Shown: positions 63,438-64,000 of the stretch, piece by piece | How positions within the stretch are numbered: the stretch's first letter is position 1 | How the letters are laid out: each line of letters opens with the position of its first letter | Source of the DNA: Clostridiaceae bacterium | Lineage (GTDB): Bacteria; Bacillota; Clostridia; Saccharofermentanales; DTU023 | Length of the DNA stretch: 64,000 nucleotides | Assembly (NCBI GenBank): GCA_012841145.1 | Contig: DUVH01000024.1 | Coordinates: forward strand, 4,140 to 68,139 | Reading direction: 5' to 3' | The notes under the pieces: model-generated | Database searches by the model: none | What the model was told of the DNA's origin: nothing | Seen by the model: the letters and a program-made list of their open reading frames with translations, nothing else | Translations under genes and position numbers: made by a program

Positions 63438-64000
63438 TCAGGCCTCCATCCAGTCAAGAGGAATCTGGCTGTACTCATCAAAAGCCGAAGGTTCCGGCGG
63501 AGGCTCTGGCGTGATCTTCCGTGGTTGTGCCTTTGCTTTCTGTTTTTTAGCAACAACGGGAGCAGGTTCAGGTTCCGGGACAGGTTCTTCTTCCTCAACC
63601 TCTTCCTCGCCAATGCCTTCAGGTAACATGATTGTGGGTGGCGTCACGTCTTTGAATGACTCGAAGTCGTCTTCGTCATCTGCTTGGTTAAATGCTCGTT
63701 CTTTAGCATCTGGCAGTTTGATAGGGATTCTTGTGCAGTGGCGCCTTGTTGCTTTCGCTAGTGCCATCTCGGTGTACCAGTTCTTCCAAGCAGGACTGTT
63801 AGGCGCTTTTGATGCCTGGCGTCTCTTTTCAATGTCATCTGTTGTGTGGGTCATAACAGAACTTGTTCCGTCTTCATAAACTGCAATGGTTACATATCCA
63901 GCAACCTCACCGCTTGAGAATGGCTGCTCTTCGTAGGACCACAAATCGTTACCAGGAGTCCTTTTTACAGTAAAGGCTTCACCTTCTTTGATGGCGTATG
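63438..64000 (-). CDS. RecT-family single-strand annealing recombinase (C-terminal part; gene continues past the window end)
   Basis: The frame stays open to 64000 (YAIKEGEAFTVKRTPGNDLWSYEEQPF...). Carries SPAWKNWYTEMALAKATRRHC and an acidic Pro/Glu tail. Confidence 0.7.
   Translation of the reverse strand, partial: YAIKEGEAFTVKRTPGNDLWSYEEQPFSSGEVAGYVTIAVYEDGTSSVMTHTTDDIEKRRQASKAPNSPAWKNWYTEMALAKATRRHCTRIPIKLPDAKERAFNQADDEDDFESFKDVTPPTIMLPEGIGEEEVEEEEPVPEPEPAPVVAKKQKAKAQPRKITPEPPPEPSAFDEYSQIPLDWMEA

Larger units (their letters stand above)
36600..64000. mobile_element. PBSX-like contractile-tail (myovirus-type) prophage, partial; continues beyond the window end
   Basis: An uninterrupted minus-strand block covers lysis, tail fibre + DGR, baseplate, tape measure, sheath/tube, head, portal, terminase, late activator and replication/recombination genes. 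It begins just after tRNA-Val. No integrase is in the window and the left boundary is approximate. Confidence 0.9.

Overview
A roughly 50% GC chromosomal segment from a Firmicutes/Clostridia-like genome. All calls come from reading the sequence and the ORF track. No database search was run. Hand-derived coordinates may be off by 1-2 nt.

**1-35.6 kb, host genes:**
- A two-component system and an orphan HerA/DUF853-like ATPase.
- A ThrC-like PLP enzyme.
- A BMP-family nucleoside ABC importer, followed by lpd and ridA.
- Two diverged tandem mgtE paralogs.
- A FecCD/BtuF-type ABC importer whose permease is fused to a THEP1-like NTPase, preceded by an XdhC-family gene.
- A ROK kinase.
- A histidine-utilisation block (hutU, glutamate formimidoyltransferase, hutI).
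- yedF plus a DUF3343 gene (selenium/sulfur carrier pair).
- A pyrimidine and pseudouridine salvage operon (cdd-psuK-psuG-udp).
- A DUF559-like gene.

**35.6-36.5 kb:** tRNA-Phe, tRNA-Asp and tRNA-Val, with an XRE-family regulator between them.

**About 36.6 kb to the window end:** a PBSX-like contractile-tail prophage, all on the minus strand. In coordinate order its modules are lysis, tail fibre, baseplate, tape measure, sheath/tube, head, portal, terminase, late activator and replication/recombination. It continues past 64000.

**Main finding:** a diversity-generating retroelement (DGR) sits inside the prophage.
- A DGR-type reverse transcriptase is at 39058-40134.
- A 115-nt template repeat (40288-40402) matches a variable repeat (40500-40614) at the extreme 3' end of the tail-fibre gene.
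- The two repeats are identical at all 81 non-adenine positions.
- They differ at 22 of the 34 template adenines.
- No Avd-like accessory gene is visible.

**Other points worth a second look:**
- Several tandem duplications copy gene termini: 42 bp x 6.3 at the yedF 3' end, a 32-nt array of chained mini-ORFs at the 5' end of the DUF559-like gene, and the hutU 3' end x 2.
- A single in-frame TAA splits a baseplate-module gene.
- The tail chaperone has a -1 frameshift site.
- A MuF-family head protein may carry a C-terminal toxin, with an immunity-like ORF downstream.
- A GC-rich, ORF-free, highly structured 347-nt island with tRNA-like arms lies in the head module.
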